Source of the DNA: an uncultured bacterium | GTDB taxonomy: Bacteria; Pseudomonadota; Alphaproteobacteria; MED-G09 | Assembly (NCBI GenBank): GCA_964001285.1 | Contig: CAXFAF010000002.1 | Coordinates: 11,613-75,612 of the forward strand | DNA length: 64,000 nt | Direction of reading: 5' to 3' | Part shown: positions 39,330-49,098 of the stretch, piece after piece | Position numbering within the stretch: the stretch's first letter is position 1 | How the letters are laid out: each line of letters starts with the position of its first letter | Translations under genes and position numbers: made by a program | The notes under the pieces: generated by a model | What the model was told of the DNA's origin: nothing | What the model saw: only the letters and a program-made list of their open reading frames with translations | Databases searched by the model: none

Positions 39330-40475
39330 ATGCCTACGCCATTTAATTTTCGCTTAACTGAATTTCCTGCTGAAGCAGAAATTTTACGTATGGAAGTTAG
39401 AGAATTTCTATCAAAGGCTCTTGTAAATGTGCCTAAAGAAACTCGAGCTGAAACATGGTATGGAGCGGATGAAGAATTTAGTAAAAAAGTAGGTAAGCAG
39501 GGGTGGATAGGGTTAAGTTGGCCCACCGAGTTTGGCGGAGCTGGAAGATCTGCAATGGAACGATATGTTGTTTTAGAAGAAATGTTAACGGCAGGTGCGC
39601 CAGTTGGAGCTCATTGGATAGCCGATCGTCAATCAGGTCCATTGATTATTAGATATGGAACTCCAGAACAACAAGAGAAAATCTTACCTGGAATATTAAA
39701 AGGTGAGACATATTTTTGTATTGGAATGTCTGAACCAGATTCAGGCTCTGATCTTGCAGCATTGAGGACTAAAGCAGAAAAAAAAGGTAATAAATATATT
39801 GTAAATGGTACGAAATTATGGACATCGGGAGCTCAGCGTTGCCAATATATGATTGCATTATTTAGGACCTCAAAAGAGGAAGACAGACATGGTGGATTGA
39901 GTCAATTTATTGTCGATCTCACAATTCCTGGAATTACAATTCGACCAATAATTGATTTAGCAGGAAGACATCACTTCAATGAAGTTATATTTGAAGATGC
40001 AGAAGTTCCTGAAGATATGCTTATAGGAGAAGAAGGTAATGGCTGGAACCAAGTTACTGCTGAATTAGCTTTGGAAAGATCAGGCCCTGAAAGATACTTA
40101 TCAAGTTATGCTTTGTTGCAAGAAATAATAAAAGAATTTTCAGAGAGAAACGATTATGAGGGTGTGACAGAAATTGGAAGACAAATGGCACATTTAACAA
40201 CATTACGCCAAATGTCCGTATCCGTAGCTGGAATGCTTAATGATGGAGATAATCCAGCTCTTGAGGCGTCAGTCGTTAAGGATTTAGGAGCTGTTTTTGA
40301 GCAGGACTTACCTAACATAGCCCATCGTTTATTGGACTTAGAGCCAGATAATCAAGGAAATGATTTTCAAAAATACCTAGCTATCCTTACTCAGATATCA
40401 CCTTCATTTTCCTTGCGAGGAGGAACTCGTGAAATCTTAAGAGGCATAATTGCTAGAGGACTGGGTTTAAGATAA
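39330..40475 (+). CDS. Acyl-CoA dehydrogenase, catalytic subunit of a heteromeric pair
   Basis: FCIGMSEPDSGSDLA, NGTKLWTS, ELALERSGPER, SLRGGTREILR. Confidence 0.88.
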   Translation: MPTPFNFRLTEFPAEAEILRMEVREFLSKALVNVPKETRAETWYGADEEFSKKVGKQGWIGLSWPTEFGGAGRSAMERYVVLEEMLTAGAPVGAHWIADRQSGPLIIRYGTPEQQEKILPGILKGETYFCIGMSEPDSGSDLAALRTKAEKKGNKYIVNGTKLWTSGAQRCQYMIALFRTSKEEDRHGGLSQFIVDLTIPGITIRPIIDLAGRHHFNEVIFEDAEVPEDMLIGEEGNGWNQVTAELALERSGPERYLSSYALLQEIIKEFSERNDYEGVTEIGRQMAHLTTLRQMSVSVAGMLNDGDNPALEASVVKDLGAVFEQDLPNIAHRLLDLEPDNQGNDFQKYLAILTQISPSFSLRGGTREILRGIIARGLGLR

Positions 40476-41521
40476 TGAATAACGAAACTTCTCAGTTATT
40501 ATCTGATACAGCAGAAAAGCTTTTTAGTGATCATGTGACCAAGAACTGCATTGAAGAAGCTGAAAAAGGAATATGGCCTGAAACACTCTGGAATGAAGTA
40601 ATTAACAATGGATTAAATCTAATTCTTGTTCCTGAAGATTTAGGAGGCGTTGGAGGGACATGGATGAACGCTGGAATTCTTTTTAAAGCAAGTGGCAGGT
40701 ATCAGGCTCCAATACCTTTAGCAGAAAATATAGTAGCTTCTTATGTTTTGAGTTTAGGCAATATTTCTATTCCTGAAAATGCTTTATTAACTATATTGGA
40801 AGGATCTTTTGATTCTCAAAAGGGTTTAATTTCTGGAACATCTGCTCGTACCCCATTTTCTTCAAATTCTACACATGGTGTAGTTTTATTTAATGATAAT
40901 AAAGATTTAAAAGTTGGTTTGGTTGATTTGAAAAAAGAAAATGTTGCCGAAAATGAGAATATTGCTCTTGAAAGTCGGGGTAAAGTTATTTTAAAAAATG
41001 TTCAGCCATTACAAAGTGAAGTCGTAGACTGCGGTTCTGATTTTATTTACAAAATTGGAGCGTTAATGCGTGCAAATCAAATGGCTGGAGCTTTAGAGTC
41101 AATTCTTGAACAATCTGTTCGGTATGCTAACGAAAGAATACAATTTGGAAGACCTATAGGAAAATTCCAAGCCATTCAGCAAGACCTTGCGGTGTTATCG
41201 ACGCATGTTGCGGCATCATCTGTTGCCGCAGATTATGCCTCTTTTTGTATGGATAAAGGCAATCCTGATTTTTCTATTGCTGTAGCAAAAAGCAGAATTG
41301 ATGATGCAATATCTATAGGCGCTGGAATAGCTCATCAAGTTCATGGTGCAATCGGTTTTACTTATGAACATGGCCTACATTTTGCGACAAGAAGATTGTG
41401 GTCTTGGAGGGCAGAATATGGATCTGGTAGTGAGTGGGCAAAAATCTTGGGAGAAAAGGCAATATCAAATGGTGCCGATAAATTCTGGCCTTCAATTACA
41501 TCTGGTAACTTAGATTTATGA
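40475..41521 (+). CDS. Acyl-CoA dehydrogenase, short partner subunit
   Basis: 348 aa, ERIQFGRPIGKFQAIQ, HQVHGAIGFTYEH, lacks the SEP..GSD motif; start overlaps the partner's stop (TAATG). Confidence 0.85.
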   Translation: MNNETSQLLSDTAEKLFSDHVTKNCIEEAEKGIWPETLWNEVINNGLNLILVPEDLGGVGGTWMNAGILFKASGRYQAPIPLAENIVASYVLSLGNISIPENALLTILEGSFDSQKGLISGTSARTPFSSNSTHGVVLFNDNKDLKVGLVDLKKENVAENENIALESRGKVILKNVQPLQSEVVDCGSDFIYKIGALMRANQMAGALESILEQSVRYANERIQFGRPIGKFQAIQQDLAVLSTHVAASSVAADYASFCMDKGNPDFSIAVAKSRIDDAISIGAGIAHQVHGAIGFTYEHGLHFATRRLWSWRAEYGSGSEWAKILGEKAISNGADKFWPSITSGNLDL

Positions 41522-41976
41522 ACGAGAGTTCTACACATTGGCGTTATTATGAGGATGTAGAGATTGGTGAAGAGAGAAGATCAAAATCGTTAATAATTTC
41601 AGAAAAAGATATACTAGAATTTGCTCAGAAATATGATCCTCAATGGTTTCATACAGATGTTGAAAAAGCAAAAGATTCAAGTTTTGAGGGATTAATAGCA
41701 AGTGGCATTCATGTTTTAGCTATCTGGAGGCTTCTTGATCATGATGCAAATGGGGATGTTAAATATGTTTGTGGTATAGGATGGGAAAATGTTCTATGGA
41801 AGAACCCATTAAAACCAGAATATGAGGTGTATGTATGGTCAAAATGTACATCAAAAAGCGAAACATCATCTAAAGAAAGAGGTTTAGCAACTTATGCACA
41901 TGGATTAAGAAGAGTTGATGGCTTGGATATTTTAACTTTTAATGGTACTTGCTTAATATATAAAAAAGGTTATTAG
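41518..41976 (+). CDS. MaoC-family dehydratase
   Basis: RYYEDV, ILEFAQKYDPQWFHTD, GLIASGIH. Confidence 0.85.
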   Translation: MNESSTHWRYYEDVEIGEERRSKSLIISEKDILEFAQKYDPQWFHTDVEKAKDSSFEGLIASGIHVLAIWRLLDHDANGDVKYVCGIGWENVLWKNPLKPEYEVYVWSKCTSKSETSSKERGLATYAHGLRRVDGLDILTFNGTCLIYKKGY

Positions 41977-41989
41977 TCTAAAATTAGAT

Positions 41990-43201
41990 ATGCTTGAAGA
42001 AGACACAAAAAAAGTACTTGAAGGTTTTGAGTATGAAAAAAACAGAGAGGCGCCGCCGGAAGGGTTTCCTGGTTTTCCAGTTATTCCTGGAGGCAGGTAT
42101 ACGGATCCAGACTTTCAAGATATTGAAAAGGAAGAAATGTGGAATAAAAGCTGGCTCTACGCTTGCCACCTTGATGAATTACCGGAAGTAGGAAGTTATT
42201 TGATTTGGGATAAACTTAAAGTCCCAATAATTATTGTTAGATCGGAAGAAGATACAATAAAGGCTTTTTACAACACATGCCGTCACAGAGGTGGACCGGT
42301 TGTCACGGAAAAAAAAGGGAAAACTAGATTGCTGGTATGTAATTATCATGGGTGGAGTTATGACCTTAACGGAAATCTTGTAAATTTAAGAGATCCGAGA
42401 GATTTTGTTGGGTTGGACAAGTCTTGTCAAAGCCTTATAGATATTTCATGCGATAGATTAGGAAATTGGATATTTGTTAATTTAGATAAAAAGGCAGAAC
42501 CTTTAACAGACTATTTGGGTAATATTAATGATCATATGCAACAGTTTCAACCTGAGAACCTCAGGCATGTGCATTCCAAATCTTACCCAGTTGAATGTAA
42601 TGTAAAAGTTTTGCTTGATGCTTTTCTTGAGGTTTATCATGTTCAATCGATTCATCAAAAAACTGTAAATCGGTTTATCGATCATGAGGGCACATATATT
42701 ACTCTGTGGCCTAAAGGGCATTCTAGAATGGTTACCCCTCATAGAAATCCTGATTGGGAAGATCCAGGAGCTAAAGGTTTAAAGGATATTGATACCGTTA
42801 CAGAGATTCCAAGACATCACAATGCATCATATAGTTTCTACCCGAATCTTGTTACTCCTCCATCAGCTACTGGTATTCCTTTCTTAACTTTTTGGCCAGT
42901 AGATAAACTTAATTGTGAAATTGATGTCCATTGGTTCTCACCAGATTGGGGTGAAGGCGACATACCAGAGATTTGGAAAGCGAGAATCCAAAATTTTGAA
43001 AATATTTTATTTGAAGATACTCAATTTGCACCACAGATACAAGAAAGTGTCTCTAGTCCTGCTTTTAAAGGAATTTTATTGAATTATCAGGAAAGAAGAA
43101 TTTATCATTGGCACGAAGAATTGGATAGACGTATTGGGCCTAGAAAAATGTCCCAAGAATATAGTGTTAAACAAGTATTAGATCCTTTTATTGAAAAGTA
43201 A
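41990..43201 (+). CDS. Rieske non-heme iron oxygenase, alpha subunit
   Basis: NTCRHRG and CNYHGWSY Rieske motif; EVYHVQSIH and ED mononuclear iron ligands. Confidence 0.92.
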   Translation: MLEEDTKKVLEGFEYEKNREAPPEGFPGFPVIPGGRYTDPDFQDIEKEEMWNKSWLYACHLDELPEVGSYLIWDKLKVPIIIVRSEEDTIKAFYNTCRHRGGPVVTEKKGKTRLLVCNYHGWSYDLNGNLVNLRDPRDFVGLDKSCQSLIDISCDRLGNWIFVNLDKKAEPLTDYLGNINDHMQQFQPENLRHVHSKSYPVECNVKVLLDAFLEVYHVQSIHQKTVNRFIDHEGTYITLWPKGHSRMVTPHRNPDWEDPGAKGLKDIDTVTEIPRHHNASYSFYPNLVTPPSATGIPFLTFWPVDKLNCEIDVHWFSPDWGEGDIPEIWKARIQNFENILFEDTQFAPQIQESVSSPAFKGILLNYQERRIYHWHEELDRRIGPRKMSQEYSVKQVLDPFIEK

Positions 43202-43214
43202 TTTATTAATTATT

Positions 43215-45068
43215 TCATTCTGATATTTCAAAATTTAATAAGACATTACCTCCAAGCCTACCACCATATTGGTAACCAGAATTAATAAATAGATTATTAT
43301 CTAATATGACAGGTCCATCCGATTCAATGGATCCACCATTTGATGGAATTTCGGTAAATGAGCTAAAATCAATTGCAGTATTATATTCCCAGATTAGTTC
43401 TCCCGTATCTTTGTTTAAAATGTATAGCCAACCGTCAAAACCGCCACCAATTACTAAATCATTTGTGGCTGTTAATGCAGCCGAGATTCCAACATCGCAA
43501 GCTGGCTTTGTATTTTCTGCACATCTATCAATTGGAGTAAATTTCCAATTAAGTTTTCCTGACAGTCCATCTAATGAGTATATTCCAGGAGTTGCAGGTC
43601 CAGGAAATTTATTGATAAAATTCGTATCTGCCACGGCTGCAAAAATACTTTTATTATCAGTGGTCATTCCCCAATGAACACCACCAGCAAAACCGCCTTT
43701 CCCAATTCTTTTAATCCATAATGGCTTCCCTTTATCGTCAGGGTCAAGAGCATACACATGTCCTGATTTTCTACCTGCAAATAAAACATTTTTATTATCT
43801 ATTTTTGCAAGAACAACTGATGCGCCAAAATCCCAATCTGGTCCATCTTGTTCAGGACAATTTGCATCTGCTTCAACGAAACATCCCATATTCCATGCAT
43901 CACCACTTTCTGCTTGATAAATCCACTCAATATTTCCATTTTCTTTATTTATAGCGATAACAGAATCGCTAGTATCAGCTGCAGGAGATGAATAAGCTTC
44001 ACCTGTACCGTAATAAATAAGATTTCTAGATAAATCAAAAGTTGGTGAATTCCAAACAGGAACTCCTGATGGTGCTAAAATTTCTATCCCCATATTGTTT
44101 AGTTTCCCAGTTGCTTTAGGGGGTAGGGGTATAGAATAGGATGTCCATAATTCACTTCCATCACTAACTTTTAAAGCCATAATCCCGCCTCTAAATGTAC
44201 AACATTGGTATTCTGGGTCTGCTCCATCTGCCCATTCACGAGATGAAAGTGGTACATAGATAATATCATTATCTACTCTTACCGAACCCGTAAGAATAAC
44301 TCTAGGATGATAGCGTAGGGATTTAACCCAAATTTTTTCCCCACTATATGGATCAATTTTGTAGAGATTACCTTCATAATCTCCTACAAAAATAAAATTA
44401 CCTTGATCAGAAAAATAAATTGCTGGAGCTGAACGTATCTCTCCATCAACTTTTGTTCTCCATCGAACACAGCCTGTTTCACGGTCTAAGGCATACATAT
44501 AAAGATTTTGTCCTCCAACAAAAATTGTATTACCGGAAATCGATGGTTGTGAACGTGCCCTAGTGGCTGAAGGATATGCAAATACCCATTTTAATTTAAG
44601 TTTTTTAACATTCTCAGATGTTAGATTTGATTTTGTGTACCTTGAGTTTTCTTTATCATACCCCCATTCCTGATAAGAATTTTCTTCAGTTAATTTTATA
44701 GGGTCATTATTTGATTTACAAAAATTGGGCTCAGGTAAGCTAGAAGAAACTTTTCCTCCAGTAATATATTCTGATATACCTATTTTTTCTTGATCACTAA
44801 GTCCTTCTGCTTGAGCTGACATTACTCCATTTAATGTGCTTAATATATAATCTGCAGACATAACTTGAAAAGTTGTTAAATGTGGAGCTCTGGGAACACC
44901 TCCACTATGACAGCTTGTACAATTATTGTTAAAAATTTCTGAATATATTGATTGAGTTTTATTACTCAATAATATTGATGAACTATCGTTTTCGCTGTTT
45001 GGTGCAGCAGATAAAACCATCGTAATAAATACGAAACTGAAAAGAAGAATAATTTTTTTAAATACCAT
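43215..45068 (-). CDS. Periplasmic PQQ-dependent quinohemoprotein dehydrogenase (polyvinyl-alcohol dehydrogenase type, N-terminal cytochrome c)
   Basis: Signal peptide, CTSCH, LKLKWVF, RSQP, CCTFRG, GPDWDFG, GGVHWG, W-docking propeller repeats. Confidence 0.88.
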   Translation of the reverse strand: MVFKKIILLFSFVFITMVLSAAPNSENDSSSILLSNKTQSIYSEIFNNNCTSCHSGGVPRAPHLTTFQVMSADYILSTLNGVMSAQAEGLSDQEKIGISEYITGGKVSSSLPEPNFCKSNNDPIKLTEENSYQEWGYDKENSRYTKSNLTSENVKKLKLKWVFAYPSATRARSQPSISGNTIFVGGQNLYMYALDRETGCVRWRTKVDGEIRSAPAIYFSDQGNFIFVGDYEGNLYKIDPYSGEKIWVKSLRYHPRVILTGSVRVDNDIIYVPLSSREWADGADPEYQCCTFRGGIMALKVSDGSELWTSYSIPLPPKATGKLNNMGIEILAPSGVPVWNSPTFDLSRNLIYYGTGEAYSSPAADTSDSVIAINKENGNIEWIYQAESGDAWNMGCFVEADANCPEQDGPDWDFGASVVLAKIDNKNVLFAGRKSGHVYALDPDDKGKPLWIKRIGKGGFAGGVHWGMTTDNKSIFAAVADTNFINKFPGPATPGIYSLDGLSGKLNWKFTPIDRCAENTKPACDVGISAALTATNDLVIGGGFDGWLYILNKDTGELIWEYNTAIDFSSFTEIPSNGGSIESDGPVILDNNLFINSGYQYGGRLGGNVLLNFEISE

Positions 45069-45091
45069 AATTATATTCTAGGGCTTCAATG

Positions 45092-45505
45092 TTACGCTTT
45101 TCTTAAAGCCAGCCACCAGTCCTGTATTATTGCTGCATGTGTTTCTCCATATTCTTTTGCAAGTTCAGAAGCGTCATCAGGAACTTTTTGCATTTCTGTG
45201 GGACCTAATTTTGAAGCACCATCAAGAGGATCAACCCATTCAAGATCAATATCTTCAATTATGTCTCCATAATTTCCAGCGGCAGCCTCATGATGTTCAC
45301 TGATTTGATGAGTTATTAAAAAATCTAAATATGTCGGATATGCTAGGAGAGTATAATAAGAGCCTTTTTCTCTACCCCTCCAATAGTCGTAATGAATCAC
45401 TGAATCTTCATTAGCGTGCGTTTTCTCAAATAGTTCTCTTGAAATGTTTTCAAACTTCTCTTCACATCCTTCAACTATTTTTATATGTGCTAATAATGTA
45501 GACAT
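45092..45505 (-). CDS. ABM-like dimeric alpha+beta barrel protein
   Basis: LAHIKIVEGCEEKFE...HYDYWRG...HQISEHHE pattern. Confidence 0.65.
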   Translation of the reverse strand: MSTLLAHIKIVEGCEEKFENISRELFEKTHANEDSVIHYDYWRGREKGSYYTLLAYPTYLDFLITHQISEHHEAAAGNYGDIIEDIDLEWVDPLDGASKLGPTEMQKVPDDASELAKEYGETHAAIIQDWWLALRKA

Positions 45506-45522
45506 TTTCTTCCCCTTTGTTC

Positions 45523-46035
45523 CTAATATAATTTTCTATATTTATCGTTATTTGTTCTAAGATCAACTCCTGAGAAAAGACCTTGTAAGGCTTCACTTAT
45601 CTCACCTGAGTGTGCAGGAAAATTTGCATCCAAGATATAAAGACGACGACTAATTTTCCAACCCTCTGAAGTTTTGGTAAATTCATCATGATACCTACCA
45701 CAATAAACATTCACGCTAGGAAGATGGTTATCGACAACATCTCCACCAACTGTTAACCCATAACTCTCCACTTCTGCCTTATCTCCATTAAGTTCTATAG
45801 CTACATTGCTAATTAGATGCCAACTATGACCAGTTTTTTCAACTTCCATAACAACAGGGATAAATCCTTTTGCATCACCAGCATAAAAACCATAATCAAT
45901 AAAACCATCATCAACAAAACATGTTTTCAAAAGCTCTTCATCAACCCAATCAAGAGCTCGACAATATCTTGTAAGACAATCATTTATTTCTTGATAGGCC
46001 TCTACTTTTTCTAGCCTATTTTCTAAATCAGACAT
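45523..46035 (-). CDS. SnoaL_4/NTF2-like protein (BaiE/LinA/scytalone dehydratase superfamily)
   Basis: INDCLTRYCRALD, HLISN, GRYHDEF...WKISRR. Confidence 0.82.
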   Translation of the reverse strand: MSDLENRLEKVEAYQEINDCLTRYCRALDWVDEELLKTCFVDDGFIDYGFYAGDAKGFIPVVMEVEKTGHSWHLISNVAIELNGDKAEVESYGLTVGGDVVDNHLPSVNVYCGRYHDEFTKTSEGWKISRRLYILDANFPAHSGEISEALQGLFSGVDLRTNNDKYRKLY

Positions 46036-46050
46036 AATTCCCCCTAAATT

Positions 46051-46482
46051 TTAAACTAATACAGTAAAGCTTAGTTTAAAAATCATCAATGCTAATATAA
46101 TCCAACTTAACATAAATAAGCCAAATCTTATCCAAACTAAATTAATGGTAGATTGAAAGATTGAATGAGTTAAGCGAATGAAAAAATAAATCCATGCACA
46201 ATATAGATAAAAGCTGTCAGTTGCATTGAGGGCCCAGATTATAAATGTTAGAGCATAGAAAACTGTAGGTTGTTCAAATAGATGATTATAATTATCAGCA
46301 ACTCTTTCAACTTTACTGGGGAAAGCACCCCCTAGTTTTGAAGGATGAGAGAGATCTTGAAGGTCTATTCCTTTTTCTTCAATCGCCTTTGAAGCTGGTA
46401 TTCTTGTTGCATACATCCAGATCATCATAAAAAAAGTAAGTATAACCATGCATATTGCTGGATTTAATATTAAATTATTCAT
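46051..46482 (-). CDS. MAPEG-family membrane protein
   Basis: MYATRIP, ADNYNHLFEQPTVFY, RLTHS; start moved to ATG 46482 after AGAGGG. Confidence 0.85.
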   Translation of the reverse strand: MNNLILNPAICMVILTFFMMIWMYATRIPASKAIEEKGIDLQDLSHPSKLGGAFPSKVERVADNYNHLFEQPTVFYALTFIIWALNATDSFYLYCAWIYFFIRLTHSIFQSTINLVWIRFGLFMLSWIILALMIFKLSFTVLV

Positions 46483-46562
46483 TATTGGCCCTCTATTTTT
46501 TTGTATATTTTTTAACTCTGTAGTAAAATTTATTTTAGTCAATAAATTTGGGGGTATTTATA

Positions 46563-47024
46563 ATGACAGTTAATGGTTTGCATCATGCGGCTATCTCAAC
46601 GCCTGATATAGAAAGACTAATGAATTGGTATCGTGAAAATTTTGGGTTTGAAGAAGTAGCTCGAACAGAATGGCCAAAGGGATCAAAAGAAATAGATGAT
46701 GTTGTTGGATTAAAAAATAGTTCTGCAAAACAAGGTTTCCTTAAGTGCGGAAATATAATGATTGAATTCTTTGAATATTCGTCACCTCCTTCTCAACCAA
46801 TGGAAAAAAATAGACCAGTTAATAATCATGGCCATACGCATGTATGTGTTGATGTTACTGATATTGAAGGGGAGTACGATAGACTTCTTAAAAATGGAGT
46901 TAAATTTCATGCTCCGCCACAAAATTTTGGACAAGTTAAAGCTACTTATGGAAGAGATTGTGATGGTAATGTTTTTGAACTTCAGGAAATTATCGATCCC
47001 GATCATCCAGCGAAGGTATTTTAG
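46563..47024 (+). CDS. VOC/glyoxalase-family protein
   Basis: GLHHAAIST, IEFFEY, GHTHVC, YGRDCDGNVFELQE; start moved to ATG 46563. Confidence 0.88.
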   Translation: MTVNGLHHAAISTPDIERLMNWYRENFGFEEVARTEWPKGSKEIDDVVGLKNSSAKQGFLKCGNIMIEFFEYSSPPSQPMEKNRPVNNHGHTHVCVDVTDIEGEYDRLLKNGVKFHAPPQNFGQVKATYGRDCDGNVFELQEIIDPDHPAKVF

Positions 47025-47419
47025 TGACTAAAGATAATTTTGAAGAACAATTATTTCACCTTTTACAAGATATATATTTTGACAATATAGATAATGCCAA
47101 AGCTGATGAAGCTGTTGAAGCAATCCATCCTCAAGTTAGGTGGGTCCATAATCAAGTATGGGAACATGATGCACATGAGACCAACATTAGAGATACTCTC
47201 AATGGACAAAAAGAAGTTAGAGATTTTTTGCGCAAAAGGATAGTAGAGATGCAGATTGAAGGCATTATTCATAAGGTAGAAAATGTTGTATCTGACGGAA
47301 AATTAGGTGCTTTTAAAGCCAATGTTATTGGGACAGATAAGTCTAAAAAGCCTTTTTTTGGTTTAGTAGAATTAAAGGACGATAAAATAATTTACTATAG
47401 AGTTTTGCCTCAGGAATAA
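47024..47419 (+). CDS. SnoaL/NTF2-like protein
   Basis: IHPQVRWVH, LNGQKEVRDF, VELKDDKIIY; GTG start overlaps the VOC stop. Confidence 0.6.
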   Translation: MTKDNFEEQLFHLLQDIYFDNIDNAKADEAVEAIHPQVRWVHNQVWEHDAHETNIRDTLNGQKEVRDFLRKRIVEMQIEGIIHKVENVVSDGKLGAFKANVIGTDKSKKPFFGLVELKDDKIIYYRVLPQE

Positions 47420-47422
47420 AAT

Positions 47423-49009
47423 TTAACCAAAAACCTTTTCACCTAAATCATAATCTTTGAGTTTAAATTTTTGGACTTTAGTTGATGACATTGGCCAATC
47501 ATCAATAAAAACAACATATCTAGGAATTTTGAAATTAGAAATTTTACCTTTTGCAGAGTTAATTAGTTCTTCGGCAGATATATTTGAGCCTTCTTTTCTT
47601 TCAACAAAAAGTGCAGCAACTTCTCCTAATCTTTCATCATCAATACCAACCACTTGGCTTAATAAAACTCCATCATGATTATTATAAAAAGATTCAATTT
47701 CTAAAGCCGCTACATTTTCTCCACCAACTTTAAGCATGTCTTTTAAACGTCCATGATAACTAATGAATCCATCTTCACTTAATGAACCAAAATCACCTGT
47801 TGAAAGCCATCCATCTTTTGATATGGTTTCTTTAGTTTTTTCAGGATCATTTAAATAACCTTTAAATACTGACGGACCACTAATTTCAATTAACCCTTTT
47901 TCTCCATTTACCTGCTCTTTTCCGGTTTCAGGATCAATAATCCTAGCTTCAACACCTGTGAACGGTCTTCCACATGTAGTAATCCTCTTTTCTAAAGGAT
48001 CATCTGGCGATCCATAAGAACAAACACCACTAGCCTCGGTAAGGCCATAAGCTGAAACTTGTTTGGCTTCGGGAAGGGCTTCTTGAAATGATCGAAGAGT
48101 GTCTACGGGAGCAACATTATTAATAATTCTTATGCTTGATAACTTTGAAGCATTAAAATCTGGATGGTTAACAAGCGCAAGCATTACTGCAGGAAATGCA
48201 GGAAAGGCTATAGTTACCTTAGATTCTTCAAGAACCTTTAAGGATTCATCAGGATTAAAGTGAACTGTTGAGATAAAGGGTGATTTTGCAACTAAGCAGG
48301 CCGAAAAAGGTAAAATTGATGACATATGAAACATGGGAAGAGGATCCCAAAATACATCTTCTTTAGATATACTCCATCTTTCCATCATCGCTTTTGTAGT
48401 ATGAGCCATATTATTGTGACTTAGGGGGCAACCTTTTGGGTTTGAAGTTGTTCCAGATGTATACATTATAAAAGCTGTATCATCCCCTTCACTTACAGCC
48501 TCTTTTATTTCTATATTGGATATATCTAGAGAAAGAAAATCATCAAAACTTTTTAACCTTTTATCAGATGATCCACCAATTACATAAGTATCATTGAGAG
48601 TATCAATTTTTTGATTATTTGAATCTAGAACGGAAAGAATTAGTTCGGAGAAATTTGTAACTTCATCTGACTCCGATGATATAAAAAGATATTTGCAACC
48701 ACTATCTTTTAATACATAATCAAGTTCATTTGTTTTATATCTTGCATTTATACAAACAGGAGCCAACCCAGCATACATGGCGCCATACATTATTTCTAAA
48801 TACTCAATAGAGTTAAAAAGCAATATTCCAATTCTTTCCCCTTTCTTTAATCCTAAAGCGAGGAATCTTTTTGCATGACTTATAATATTTTCCGAAAATT
48901 CTTTATTACTTCTTTGGTTGTTATCTACAATTAAGCATTTATTAGAAGCAATATTATCTTCAAAATGTACTGCATATGCAGCTATATTTTTAATTTTATC
49001 TAAATCCAA
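47423..49009 (-). CDS. AMP-forming acyl-CoA ligase
   Basis: YTSGTTSNPKG, AYGLTEASG, GWLSTGD, GRLKDMLKVGGENV. Confidence 0.9.
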   Translation of the reverse strand: MDLDKIKNIAAYAVHFEDNIASNKCLIVDNNQRSNKEFSENIISHAKRFLALGLKKGERIGILLFNSIEYLEIMYGAMYAGLAPVCINARYKTNELDYVLKDSGCKYLFISSESDEVTNFSELILSVLDSNNQKIDTLNDTYVIGGSSDKRLKSFDDFLSLDISNIEIKEAVSEGDDTAFIMYTSGTTSNPKGCPLSHNNMAHTTKAMMERWSISKEDVFWDPLPMFHMSSILPFSACLVAKSPFISTVHFNPDESLKVLEESKVTIAFPAFPAVMLALVNHPDFNASKLSSIRIINNVAPVDTLRSFQEALPEAKQVSAYGLTEASGVCSYGSPDDPLEKRITTCGRPFTGVEARIIDPETGKEQVNGEKGLIEISGPSVFKGYLNDPEKTKETISKDGWLSTGDFGSLSEDGFISYHGRLKDMLKVGGENVAALEIESFYNNHDGVLLSQVVGIDDERLGEVAALFVERKEGSNISAEELINSAKGKISNFKIPRYVVFIDDWPMSSTKVQKFKLKDYDLGEKVFG

Positions 49010-49098
49010 TATTACCTCCCATTATAAAATAATCATGTTGGAAATACTTTTCTAATATGCAAGTATTATGATGAAAAAATCAACATCATAGTTAAATA

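Noticed and set aside
43215-45068. Lanthanide-dependent PQQ enzyme
   Set aside because: The catalytic region reads DWDFG and lacks the extra Asp (D-x-D after the catalytic Asp) of XoxF/ExaF/PedH
29995-46035. Lin-type (HCH) dehalogenation pathway from the HLD plus the LinA-superfamily NTF2 protein
   Set aside because: The genes are about 15 kb apart, the HLD is HLD-I type rather than LinB type, and the SnoaL_4 family is functionally broad
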